Source of the DNA: Octopus sinensis
Lineage: Eukaryota
Length of the DNA stretch: 64,000 nucleotides
Assembly (NCBI RefSeq): GCF_006345805.1
Contig: NW_021832279.1
Span: 48,286 to 112,285, forward strand
Direction: 5' to 3'
Each line of letters begins with the position of its first letter. Position 1 is the first letter of the stretch. This document shows, piece by piece, positions 37,101 to 49,730 of the stretch. A program made the translations under genes and the position numbers. A model generated the notes under the pieces. It did no database searches, was not told the origin of the DNA, and saw only the letters and a list, made by a program, of their open reading frames with translations.

Positions 37101-38023
37101 TCACCTATCGAATTAACTTGCCTTGAAAATGAATGGCGCTGTAGCGTTTGACCTATATACTAGGCCGTTGTAGCAGTTTGACTGGCTTTGGCTAGTGAGA
37201 AAAGATAGGCTACGATGAGTAGGAGAGACGTGGCGGTAGCATGGAAGCCAAGCATGTGAATGCTGGTAGAGCTGTTCACTAGTGCAGATCTTGGTGGTAG
37301 TAGCAATTACTCAAATAAGAACTTTGAGGGCCTATGTTGAGAAGGGTTTCATGTGAACATGAGTTGTACATGAGTTAGTCGGTCCTAAGTACGTTGTCAA
37401 GTCATTTGAAATGTGTGCAAAAGAGAATGGGGTTAATATTCCCGAACCTAAGAAGGCTGTTTATGCGGCGACGCTGTTGTAACAGTCTAGGACGGCAGGT
37501 GTTCTGGGAAGAGTTATCTTTTCTTCTAAAGGGTCGGTTTCTCTTAAAATGGTTTAGCCAGCGAAAGAGAAGTTGTTGATCATTACGATCATATCCGCAG
37601 AGCATTGCAGTTTTTGCTGTGTCCAGTGTACACCTGACGTTTCATAAAACGCCTGTTACAGTTTAACAGTCACTTGGGCCGTACCAATAACCGCAGCAGA
37701 TCTCCAAGATTAGCAGCCTCTGGTCAATAGATAAACGCTGGTAAGGGAAGTCGGCAAACTAGATCTGTACCTTCGGTAGAAGGATTGGCTCTATGGGTTG
37801 AGTCTTTACTGCTGTTTGTTTGATTGCTGCGTAAGTGGTAGTTGAGCATTGAGTAGTAGGACAGTGAACAACCAAAGTAGAACTGGCACGGAGAAGGGGA
37901 ATCTGACTGTGTAATAACAACAAAGCAGTGCAATAGCCGTAAACGGTTTTGACGCAGTGTGATTTCTGCCCAGTGCCCTGAATGTCAGCGTGAAGAGATT
38001 CACTTAAGCAAGAGTAAACGGCA

Positions 38024-38063
<40 letters not shown>

Positions 38064-39150
38064 AATTTAATTGATGACGCGCGTGAATGGATTAACGAGA
38101 TTCCCACTGTCCCTATCAGCACTCTAGCGAAACCACAGACGGGGTAACGGGCCCGTGACAATCAGCGGGGAAAGAAGACCCTGTTGAGCTTGGACTCTAG
38201 ATTGGCATTGTAGGAGGAACATTGGGGATATAGTAATAGGTGGGAGCTGTTCCGCAGCGAAAATGTAAGACAACTTCCTCAGTCGTCTTCCTACTAATTC
38301 AGTAATACCGTGCTTCCTTAATGGGAAAGTTTGCAGTGTAAAGCCCGTTCGGGGTCGATCGGATCTGAAACAGTGTCATTGGGAGTTTGGCTGGGGCGGT
38401 ACATCTGCTAAACAATAACGCAGATGTCCAAGGTGAGCTCAGTGGAACAGAAAGCTACCATAGCGCGAAATGGTAAAAGCTCGCCTTATTTGGATGTTCA
38501 GTACGTATGCAAGGCGCGAAAGCGTGGCCTATCGATCCTTTTATTTTTATAAGCTTTAAGTTAAAGGTGACAGAAAAGTTACCACAGGGATAATTGGCTT
38601 GTGGCACCCAAGCGTACATAGCGACGTGCTTTTTGATCCTTCGATGTTGGCTCTTTCTAATCATTTGCGAAGCATAAATCGCAAAGTGTAGGATTGTTCA
38701 CCCACTACAGGGAACGTGAGCTGAGTTAGACTATCGTGAGATAGGTTAGTTTTACCCTACTGATTGAGTGTCGTTGCCACAGTAATTCTGCAAATTATGT
38801 ATGGAACTGCAGAGTCAGACATTTGGTTCATGCACTTGACTGAAAAGTCAGTGGTGCGAAGCTATCGTCTGAAAGATAATAACTGAACGCCTCTAAGTTA
38901 GAATCTTGACTGGCTGCAACGATATTGTTCGAAACTCTTGTATAGCAAATTTATGCTTTTATGCTGCTACTGGCTTGGTGTCGTTGATAACACTAAAAAC
39001 TGTTGTTACACCAGGTTGACTTGCATTTTCACCGAGCTTTGTGCTAAATTATATGCAAACGACATATACTGGCATTAGAACTGTAGTGACGAAAGCAACG
39101 TATAGTGGCGATCTACTGAGGTCCATCCCTTTGCCTAAAATTTGTCCGCT
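34175..39150 (+). rRNA. 28S (LSU) rRNA, highly divergent, 5'-truncated and interrupted by a hAT; probable pseudo-copy
   Basis: Conserved blocks GAGTCGGGTTG, GAACAAGTACCGTGA, ACCCGTCTTGAAACACGGACCAAGGAG, GCAGATCTTGGTGGTAGTAGCAA, TAACTATGACTCTCTTAAGGTAGCCAAATGCC and GACAGAAAAGTTACCACAGGGATAA. Confidence 0.95.
35222..37092 (-). mobile_element. hAT-like (CGGBP1-related/DUF659-type) DNA transposon inserted in 28S
   Basis: 14-bp TIR TAGGGCAATTTTTT; 8-bp TSD GTAATAAC at 35214-35221 and 37093-37100; C2H2 finger, VVDE, LSDAAPYM, HVTCVAHLLH, TRWGSW and VERAFSML; two 23-nt introns. Confidence 0.92.
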
Positions 39151-39214
39151 TGTCGGACGCTTCTACCATTATTTACAGGGTATTTCATTAATATATCCTC
39201 TAATTTCATAAATA

Positions 39215-40030
39215 TTGAATAACGATACAAATTTATCAATCTGTGACAACGATATAGATTTGACGTATTAATTCATTCTTTTTCTTTTTGAGCCATTCCT
39301 TAGCTCTCTACCTGCAATCTCTTGTCGACCATCCCCAATCTGATCCTCACTCCAGGATTGTTGTTCCATGGGCACGATTCCGTCGTCCTCAAATTGTCGT
39401 AGAGATTTTCGTTGTAGAAAATGAATGACTTCACTAACGTCACTCTCTTGAAAGTTCATCCCATGTCGGTGTTCCACTAACATGCTTTCAAGATTGAATA
39501 TATGCCCTCGGAATAATATCCACACCCAAAAAATCCATATATGATTTGTAGAATTTACTCACAATTCCCTCCCAAGTCATAACAATAGGGACAATTTTAA
39601 CTTTCGCTTTGTATATTTGGGACAACTCTCCTGCGAGGAGGTCGTATTTATGAAGTTTTTCAATCTCAACCACCTTCAGCATCTCCTGAGAAGTGATTCC
39701 GACCTCTACTAAAGTAATCTCCCTTGTCCTTTTATCGAAAACAAATATGTCCGGCTTGTTATGTTGTACTTTGATGTCTGTCATCAGCGTCGTATCGACT
39801 TTAATCTCAACATTCTCAGTTGTTACTATTGATTGGACTGAGTGAGTCTTCAGTTTCTTTGAACATGTGATTCCATATTTACGACACAGGTTTAAATGAA
39901 GACATTTCACCACCTTATTGTGACGGCGTATATAATCACTATTTAACATTCTACTGCATCTCGTTGCCAAATGATCGACTGTTTTTTGGCAGATTTACAA
40001 TGACTGCAATTTGATCCTTTTTCCTCAAAG
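39215..40030 (-). mobile_element. 5'-truncated R4/Dong-like RLE non-LTR element
   Basis: CSHCK..TVDHLATRC, RHNKV, HNKPDI..D, LVEVG and EKLHKY motifs; flanked by a 25-bp direct repeat at 39190-39214 and 40031-40055. Confidence 0.82.
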
Positions 40031-40150
40031 AATATATCCTCTAATTTCATAAATAAATCGTCTTATTCCATAAATATATCCTCTTATTCCATAAATATAT
40101 CGTATAATTTCATCAATATATCCTCTTATTTCATAAATATATCGTATATT
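40031..40150. repeat. ~21-bp AT-rich minisatellite
   Basis: Degenerate ATATATCCTCTTATTCCATAA units. Confidence 0.7.
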
Positions 40151-40231
40151 ATAAACTTTATTAACAACAAAAAAACACCCAAGATAAAACAGTTAACTAA
40201 ACTAATCCGACGACCCGTCCGCATCCGAAGT

Positions 40232-40440
40232 CTGGCGTAATTTATTATGCAATTTTGGCGTTCCCTAGTTGTGACGATATACGGGTACTTGAGATTATGT
40301 AATTAATTGCGTAATATATTATGCAATTTGGGCGTTCCCTAGATGTAACGATATACGGGTACTTGAAATTATGTACTTGAAATTATGTAATTAATTGCAT
40401 AGTATATTATGCAATTTGGGCGCTTTCTAGATTTGACGAC
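40232..40440 (-). repeat. 74-bp satellite, about 3 units, inverted relative to the main array
   Basis: GGCGTTCCCTAG..GGGTACTTGAGATTATGTAATTAATTGCG is the reverse complement of the main monomer. Confidence 0.95.
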
Positions 40441-40466
40441 ATGCTATCTCCTTGTAAAATGACATA

Positions 40467-41381
40467 TGTCACGAGCCTAGGTTGTTACCGAGCCTAGGTC
40501 GTGACATTTCGCTTATTTTTCTATAAAGATTAAAAATTAATTTATCCCTAATCCTAATAAAATTATTCTTAATATTTAAAATTAATCTATTAAATATTAA
40601 AACAAAAATATCCGGATAACCATACATCTGTAATTGTAATAAATATATAAAGGGGTGTTTCTTCTGTGTTACTTATGTCGCGTTCTTTTGTAAGAGATAT
40701 GGATGAGTATCGATTGCGTGTTCATCAGTCAAAACATTCATTTAAAATTGGAGATAAGGTAAACTCAATTATTCTAAATTGTAGATAAGGATTCAGAAGG
40801 ACTATGTACCATCCTTCACTTGCACTCAAGAAATTCGAAAGTCCATACGGAGAAGTTTGTACAATAAGTGAAATCCTCCCGCATAATATGGTGGTCAGAG
40901 TTGAAATGGACGAAGGAACTACTAAGAAGACGCTTATGAAAAGAATTAAAAAATTTAAATAACATAATTTTGTCTTGATTGTTTTGTTAATAAAAAAATT
41001 TAAATCCTAATTAGCAGAGAAACATTTATAGCCGAACATTCAAATAGACAAAATTTTTTCGAATAAAATACATTTTCTGCGTATTTTTTTTATTTGAACA
41101 TTTTGATTTTTGAATTTTTCTTATTTGAACAAATAGCAATTCATAAATCAAAATAGTATTTTTAGTTAGGAAATCGATTTTAAAGCACAGACTAGTTGGC
41201 ATTAATTTTAAATTTTTATAATCGAAAATATTGGCATCCAATTCCATTTTAAGTATTGTCATTTTATAATATTTATTTTGACAAAGTCGATTTTGAAATT
41301 GAATTCAAATATTTTTTTGAATTTTTTTCTAAGTCCATAAGTGTAACGACCTAGGCTCGGTAACAACCTAGGCTCGTGACA
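40467..41381 (+). mobile_element. Non-autonomous Ginger derivative (Ginger C)
   Basis: 40-bp TIRs at 40467-40506 and 41342-41381 (39/40 match); retains a C-terminal tail (FKIGDK|IRIQKD..KKFESPY) similar to Ginger A, with a 26-nt intron at 40759-40784; TSD not clear. Confidence 0.75.
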
Positions 41382-44300
41382 TAATATATTACGCAATTAA
41401 TTACATAGCTCAAGTACATAATATCAAGTACCCGAATATTGTCACATCTAGGGAACGCCCAAATTGCATAATATATTACGAAATTAATTACATAATCTCA
41501 AATACCCGTATATCGTCACATCTAGGGAACGCCTAAAGTGCATAATATATTACGCATTTAATTAAATAATCTCAAGTACCCCTATATCGTCACATTTAGA
41601 AAACGCCCAAATTGCATAATATATTACGACACTATTTACATAATCTCAGGTACCCCGATATCGTCATATCTAGGGAACGCCCAAATTGCATAATATATTA
41701 CGCAATTAATTACATAATCTCAAGTACCCGTATATCGTCACATCTAGGGAACGTCCAAATAGCATAATATATTACGCAATTAATTACATAATCTCAAGTA
41801 TCCCTATATCGTCAATTCTAGGGAGCGCCCAAATTGCATAATATATTACGCAATTAATTACATAATGTAAAGTACCCGTATATTGTCACATCTAGGGAAC
41901 GCCCAAATTGCATAATATATTACGACACTATTTACATAATCTCAGGTACCCCGATATCGTCATATCTAGGGAACGCCCAAATTGCATAATATATTACGCA
42001 ATTAATTACATAATCTCAAGTACCCGTATATCGTCACATCTAGAAATCGCCCAAATTGCATAATATATTACGAAATTAATTAAATAATCTCAAGTAACCG
42101 TATATCGTCACATTTAGGGAACGCCCAAATTGCATAATATATTCCGCAATTAATTAAATAATCTCAAGTACCCGTATATCGTCACATCTAGGGAACGCCT
42201 AAATTGCATAATATATTACGAAATTAATTACATCATCTCAAGTATTCCTATATCGTCACATCTAGGGAACGCCCAAATTGCATAATAAATAACGCAATTA
42301 ATTACATAATCTCAAGTACCCGTATATCGTCACAACTAGGGAACGCCAAAATTGCATAATAAATTACGCAATTAATTAAATAATATCAAGTACCCCTATA
42401 TCGTCACATTTAGAAAACGCCCAAATTGCATAATATATTACGACACTATTTACATAATCTCAGGTACCCCGATATCGTCACATCTAGGGAACGTCCAAAT
42501 AGCATAATATATTACGCAATTAATTACATAATCTCAAGTACCCCTATATCGTCACATCCAGGAAACGCCTAAATTACAAAATATATTACGCAATTAATTA
42601 CATAATCTCAAGTACCCCTATATCGTCAAATCTAGAAAGCGCCCAAATTGCATAATATACTATGCAATTAATTACATAATCTCAAGTACAAATAATTTCA
42701 CAGTACCCGTATATCGTTACTACGCATTAATCATAATCTCAAGTACCCCTATATCGTCACATTCAGAAACGCTAAATTAAAAAATATATTGCGCAATTAA
42801 TTACATAATCTCAAGTACCCCGATATAGTCACATCTAGGGAACGCCAATTGCATAATACACTATCAATTAATTAATAATTTCAGTACATAATTTCAAGTA
42901 CCCGTATATCGTTACACATCTAGGGAACGCCCAAATTGCATAATAATATACGCAATTAATTACATAATCTCAGTACCCCTATATCGTCACAATCTAGGGA
43001 ACGCCTAAAGTGCATAATACACTATGCAATTAATTACATAATTTTAAGTACAAATTTCAAGTACCGTATATCGTCACATCTAGGGAACGTCCAAATTGCA
43101 ATATTATTACAATTATTACATAATCTCAAGTATCCCCTATATCGTATCGTCATCTAGGGAGCGCCCAAATTGCATAATATATTACGCAATTAATTAATAT
43201 TGTAAAGTCCCGTATATTGTCACATCTAGGGACGCCCAATTGCATAATATATTACGACACTATTTACAATAATCTCAAGTCCCCGTATATCGTCTATCTG
43301 GGAACGCCCAAATTCATAATATATTACGTACCAATTAATTACATAATCTAAGTACCCGTATATCGTCACATCTAGGGAACGCCTAAATTGCATAATATAT
43401 TACGAATTAATTACATCATCTCAAGTATTCCTATATCGTCACATCTAGGGAACGCCCAAATTGCATAATAAATAACGCAATAATTCATAATCTCAGTACC
43501 CGTTATATCGTCACAACTAGGGAACGCCAAATTGCATAATAATTACGCAATTAATTAAATAATTCAAGTACCCCTATATCGTCACATTTAGAAACGCCCA
43601 AATTGCATAATATATACGACACTATTTACATAATCTCAGGTACCCCGATATCGTCACATCTAGGGAACGTCCAAATAGCATAATATATTACGCAATTAAT
43701 TACATAATCTCAAGTACCCCTATATCGTCACATCCAGGAAACGCCTAAATTACAAAATATATTACGCAATTAATTACATAATCTCAAGTACCCCTATATC
43801 GTCAAATCTAGAAAGCGCCCAAATTGCATAATATACTATGCAATTAATTACATAATCTCAAGTACATAATTTCAAGTACCCGTATATCGTTACTACGCAA
43901 TTAATTACATAATCTCTCAGTAACCCTATTCGTCCCCACATTCAGGAAACGCCTAAATTACAAAATATATTGCGCAATTAATTACATAATCTCAAGTACC
44001 CCTATATAGTCACATCTAGGGAACGCCTAAATTGCATAATACACTATGCAATTAATTACATAATCTCAAGTACATAATTTCAAGTACCCGTATATCGTTA
44101 CATCTAGGGAACGCCCAAATTGCATAATATATTACGCAATTAATTACATAATCTCAAGTACCCCTATATCGTCACATCTAGGGAACGCCTAAAGTGCATA
44201 ATACACTATGCAATTAATTACATAATTTCAAGTACATAATTTCAAGTACCCGTATATCGTTACATCTAGGGAACGCCCAAATTGCATAATAAATTACGCA

Positions 44301-46219
44301 ATTAATTACATAATCTAAGTACCCCTATATCGTCACATCCAGGAAACGCCTAAATTACAAAATATATTACGCAATTAATTACATAATCTCAAGTACCCCT
44401 ATATCGTCAAATCTAGAAAGCGCCCAAATTGCATAATATACTATGCAATTAATTACATAATCTCAAGTACATAATTTCAAGTACCCGTATATCGTTACAT
44501 CTAGGGAACGCCCAAATTGCATAATATATTACGCAATTAATTACATAATCTCAAGTACCCGTATATCGTCACAACTAGGGAACGCCAAAATTGCATAATA
44601 AATTACGCAATTAATTAAATAATATCAAGTACCCCTATATCGTCACATTTAGAAAACGCCCAAATTGCATAATATATTACGACACTATTTACATAATCTC
44701 AAGTAACCGTATATCGTCATATCTAGGGAAAGCCTAAAGTGCATAATATATTACACAATTATTACATAATCTCAAGTATCCCTTATAGTCAACATCTAGG
44801 GAACGCCTAAATTGCATAATATACACTATGCAATTAATTACATAATCTCAAGTACCCCTATATCGTCAAATCTAGAAAGCGCCCAAATTGCATAATATAT
44901 TACGCAATTAATTACATAATGTAAAGTACCCGTATATCGTCACATCTAGGGAACGCCCAAACCATAATAAATTACGCATTAATTACATAATCTCAAGTAC
45001 CCGTATATCGTCACAACTAGGGAACGCCTAAAGTGCATAATATACTACGCACAATTAATTACATAATCTCAAGTACACCTATATCGTCACATTCAGGAAA
45101 CGCCTAATTACAAAATATATTACCCAATTAATTACATAATCTCAGGTACCCCTATATCGTCACATCTAGAGAACGCCTAAATTGCATAATATACTATGCA
45201 ATTAATTACATAATCTCAAGTACATAATTTCAAGTACCCGTAATTCGTCAATCTAGGGAGCGCCCAAATTGCATATATTACGCAATTAATTACATAATCT
45301 CAAGTACCCGTATATCGTCACAACTAGGGAACGCCTAAAGTGCATAATATACTACGCAATTAATTACATAATCTCAAGTACACCTATATCGTCACATTCA
45401 GGAAACGCCTAAATTACAAAATATATTACCCAATTAATTACATAATCTCAGGTACCCCTATATCGTCACATCTAGAGAACGCCTAAATTGCATAATATAC
45501 TATGCAATTAATTACATAATCTCAAGTACATAATTTCAAGTACCCGTATATCGTCAAATCTAGGGACGCCCAAATTGCATATATATTACGCATTAATTAC
45601 ATAATGTAAAGTACCCGTATATCGTCACAACTAGGGAACGCCCAAATTGCATAATATATACGCAATTAATTACATAATCTCAAGTACACCTATATCGTCA
45701 TCTAGGAAAGCCTAAAGTGCATAATATATTACACAATTAATTACTCTCAAGTACCCCCTCTATCGTACAATCTAGGGAACGCCCAAATTGCTAATATATT
45801 ACGCATTAATAATTACATAATCTCAAGACACCAATTTCAAGTACCCGTATATCATTACATCTAGGAACGCCCAAATTGCATAATATATTACGCAATTAAT
45901 TACATAATCTCAAGTACCCCTATATCGTCAAATCTAGAAAGCGCCCAAATTGCATAATATACTATGCAATTAATTACATAATCTCAAGTACATAATTTCA
46001 AGTACCCGTATATCGTTACTACGCAATTAATTACATAATCTCAAGTACCCCTATATCGTCACATTCAGGAAACGCCTAAATTACAAAATATATTGCGCAA
46101 TTAATTACATAATCTCAAGTACCCCTATATAGTCACATCTAGGGAACGCCTAAATTGCATAATATATTACGCAATTAATTACATAATCTCTCAAGTCCCC
46201 TATATCGTTACATCTAGGG
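41382..46219 (+). repeat. 74-bp satellite array, roughly 60-65 units including 88-bp variants
   Basis: Monomer TCTAGGGAACGCCCAAATTGCATAATATATTACGCAATTAATTACATAATCTCAAGTACCCGTATATCGTCACA. Confidence 0.98.
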
Positions 46220-48386
46220 CAGGGGTCGGCAAAAGCAGGCTCGCGAGCCTTTGAAGGCTCTTTAACTTTTACGGTAGGCTCTTTTAATTTTTAATTATTT
46301 TTTTTTTATAAATGATTCAATTTTTAACTATTTTTTTTGTTTTGTTGATAACAAAAAATCTTTGCACGTTTAACATTAATTTTTTGTGGCACATCGATAT
46401 ATGCCTAGCAATAAAAAAAAGTAATAAAAAATCGATAATGCGCGACATTTTCAATCAAATGAAATACGCTGGAATTGGAATGGGAGAGTGTTTGTCCCCC
46501 TGGCTGTTGAGACGTCAGGAATACAGGGGCCTTCTACTCGGACCCTACTCCAGCGCATTGCCTCATTAATCAAAAGGGTTACCGGCGACCCGTGTGAGCA
46601 CCGGTATTTAATCAAAAGAATATCTATAGTCAGAGGCAATACTCTGGCTATTCGCCAATGACTATTTCTCTTTTGATTTGAAATATATTAATTGACTTTG
46701 AATGTAAAAAAATGGACTGAAACTTTTGCATTCACGACTAATTCAGAACACTACCGAAATGTCTCATTTGTCAGGAAACTTTGAATCAAAATAAAAAGTC
46801 GAATTTAGAGAGACACTTTAACACAAAACACTCAAATTTCGCAAAAAAATATCCAATTGGTGATTCTCGAAAGAAAGCTGTAGAAGAACTTGCAAAGAAT
46901 AATCTGATCGAGAATTCCGCTTTTAAATATTGGTATCACAATGCCAGGACTGCAAATATTGCCAGTTTTTTAATAAGCCACAAGATCGCAAAAAGGGGAA
47001 AACCATTTACCGATGGCGAATTTATAAAGGCATGTTTCATTAAAACCTCTGAAGAACTTTTTCACACGATTTTTCAAATAAGGTAGAAATCGTGAATAAG
47101 ATAATGAATATATCTTTATCTGCGAAAATAGTAGCCGACAGGACTTTAAAGATGTCTTCGAATGTATCTGTTCAACAAGTTTCTGACATGAAATTGTCTA
47201 ATTCAATTTCAATAGCAATAGATGAATCATGTGATATAAATGACATTGCACAAGTATCATTGTTCATGTCATACTTAGGTGTTTCTTCTTTGTTCGTTAT
47301 GTGTCTCGAGGTTTCCTGAGGCAAGAACTTTTGGCATTATTGCCTCTAAAGGGTCAAACCCGTGCTAAAGCCTGCAAGCATGTTGGGATCGAGAAAGGAT
47401 TTATAACTTTAATTAAAAGGAGAATTGATCATGAAGTGATTACTCTACATTGTATTATCCAGAAAGAAGCACTATCTGCGCAAACGTTTCCGAAAGAAAT
47501 TTTAGAAGTGATGAATTGGTCATAAAGATTACTAACTTCATTATATCAAGAGTAATATATTATTCTTGTATGCAAGAAGTCAAACTTTTTTAAATGAAGA
47601 AGTAAAATTAGAGAACCTCAAAAATTCTAGATAACAAAAAAGTAGAATTAAACAGAATACCAATTCCGATTAGCCTGGTGTTTCTATTGTTTGATAAAAT
47701 ATTAATAAATTAGTTATTTTATTACATTATTCCGATTTTAAATATAAAATATTGTTTCTAAAATTATATTAGCTAAATCAAATGAGAAACGGAGCATTCA
47801 AAAATAAGAAAAACAGCGATACAGACGAAAAGGATAACAAATTTAATAAAAATGACTATGAATATGATTTGGTTACTTTTTTCTGACATGGAAGAATCCA
47901 ATAAAAGATTTCATTTCTGTTTTCCGATGGTTTTAAAAATCTTCTAATATATTTTTAGAAAAATACGATAATTCTTATCAAACAAATATCCAAAATTCGT
48001 AATGTTACATAAATTTTTCTAGAAAAAATAATTCTTTTTAATTTGGTTTTTTCTTTTCTATTTTTTCCGATAATCAATTCTAATTCTAAAGAAATTTTTT
48101 ATTTTTTTATCTTACGAGTAAAAAATCTAGAATCAAACCTCAGATTAAAATTAACGACTTACGACCCAGACATTAACCAACTCTCCAAAGAAATGAGGAA
48201 TCACATTTCATTAATGTCTAATTAATTTAATTTTTTAAAATGAATTCTTAATTATTTTTTAATTAATGTATATTTAATTTTCATGCATAAAATTTTTGAC
48301 AAGTGGTAAAGGTGGCTCTTCAATTTTTCGAAATTTCCAAAAATGTTCAAAATGGCTCTTCTTCTCCAAGTATTTGCCGACCCCTG
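46220..48386 (+). mobile_element. hAT (SPIN/GTF2IRD2-like) inserted in the satellite, copy 1
   Basis: 14-bp TIR CAGGGGTCGGCAAA; 8-bp TSD ATCTAGGG; CLICQE, KIAKRGKPFTDGEF, AIDESCD and LHCIIQ; 25-nt intron at 47254-47278. Confidence 0.92.
46462..46709 (+). mobile_element. Short CRE-like 3' fragment nested in the hAT ORF (also at 53588-53836)
   Basis: KY..VFVPLAVETSG..RGN; poly-A; TSD AAAATGGA; removal restores FNQKWTETFAF. Confidence 0.8.
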
Positions 48387-48460
48387 ATCTAGGGAACGCC
48401 CAAATTGCATAATATATTACGCAATTAATTACATAATCTCAAGTATCCCTATATCGTATA

Positions 48461-49533
48461 CCTAGTTGTCGGATTCTAATTACCATGTACTGCAGAAAAC
48501 CCAATGAAAATTCCAGGCGGATCTTATAAATGTTAAAGATATAAAGAGTTTGACGATGGATGTAATTGGATACTGACAATTATTGACATCTACAGCAAAT
48601 TTGTTTGTCTGCAAATCTTTAAAAAATAAAACTGCTTCTGGTAAGACTTACAATTTAATTGAAGAAGTGGTGAATAAATTCCAAAATTGTTTTAATCAAT
48701 TGGATACTGTCAGATCTTGCAAACGGACAAAGGCTGGAATTCAAAACCAACTTATGGCTCAACTATGCGAGGAATAAATTTGAAATAAATTAGGGTGTAA
48801 TTGAGCGCTTTAACTAGATATTGACACGTGGTATGGCAAAACTGATGGATGAGAAAGGAACTAAAAATTGGAAACAATACGGCGGACATATTACGAACAA
48901 ATTTCGACCTCTCTAAAATCAAATTATACAACATGCTAAATTATACAACATGTCTTATTGTACAATTTCTCTACATAAAAAAATACGTAAAAATTGAAAC
49001 AATTTTTAGACAAAGTAACTTTTTCCTATAATACGACACACCACTCGGCGATCAATGAGACCCCCTTCACAAGTTTAGGGGTATTTCTGGAATTAACACT
49101 GTGATTCATGAAATACCAGTTATAATCTTATTTATAATTTAGATGAAAATAACGAGGCATCGTTTGTCGAAGATGAACTTAATGGTAAATTTACGATGTA
49201 TTTATTTTTAGAAACGAATAATAAAAATTGTAGGACGAATCCGTCATTAAAGCTACACAGATTTGAATCCTTATATGAAGAAAATGGAAAAGTAAAAAAT
49301 ATAATGTCTAAATACAGATTAATGGTTATTTGTCTTTCCTAACAAACATTTAGATCGAATTACGAAATAGTTACTATGAATAGAGATAAAAAATGTTAAG
49401 TTTTTTGATTTTTTAGCAATTATCTTTAGTCAGTAATTAGTGTCAAACTATGTAGGTCGCCCTGTCAATCTTGTCAACAATGAAGGTCGCTCTGGTCGCC
49501 AGCGTGGGATGGTCGCCAGCGTGGGTCGCGACA
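48461..49533 (+). mobile_element. Ginger integrase 3' part with right TIR (Ginger B), copy 1
   Basis: EKFQADL, IIDIYSKF and QTDKGLEF; ends GGTCGCGACA with internal repeats. Confidence 0.75.
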
Positions 49534-49730
49534 TATTATGCTATTTTGGGAGATTCCTAGATTTGAGGGTATTGGTTTACTTGAGATTATGTAATGAATT
49601 GCGTAACATATTATGTAATTTGAGGAAATCCCTAGATGGAGGATACGGGGGGACTTGAGATTGTGTAATGAATTGCGTAGTATATTATAAAATTTGTGGA
49701 GGTCCATAGATGTGAGGATATGGGGTACTT
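49534..49730 (-). repeat. Diverged inverted 74-bp satellite units
   Basis: TACTTGAGATTATGTAATGAATTGCG cores; continues at 50888-50916 beyond the LINE. Confidence 0.8.

Noticed and set aside
38030-38130. R2, R1 or Pokey insertion at the canonical 28S sites
   Set aside because: The sequence is continuous across these sites.
36371-38664. Short ORFs within the 28S and antisense to the TE ORFs
   Set aside because: Shadow frames of rRNA or transposon sequence with no independent motifs.
41382-46219. CRISPR-like or guide array interpretation of the 74-bp repeats
   Set aside because: Monomers are contiguous with no unique spacers, there are no cas-like ORFs, and the context is eukaryotic.
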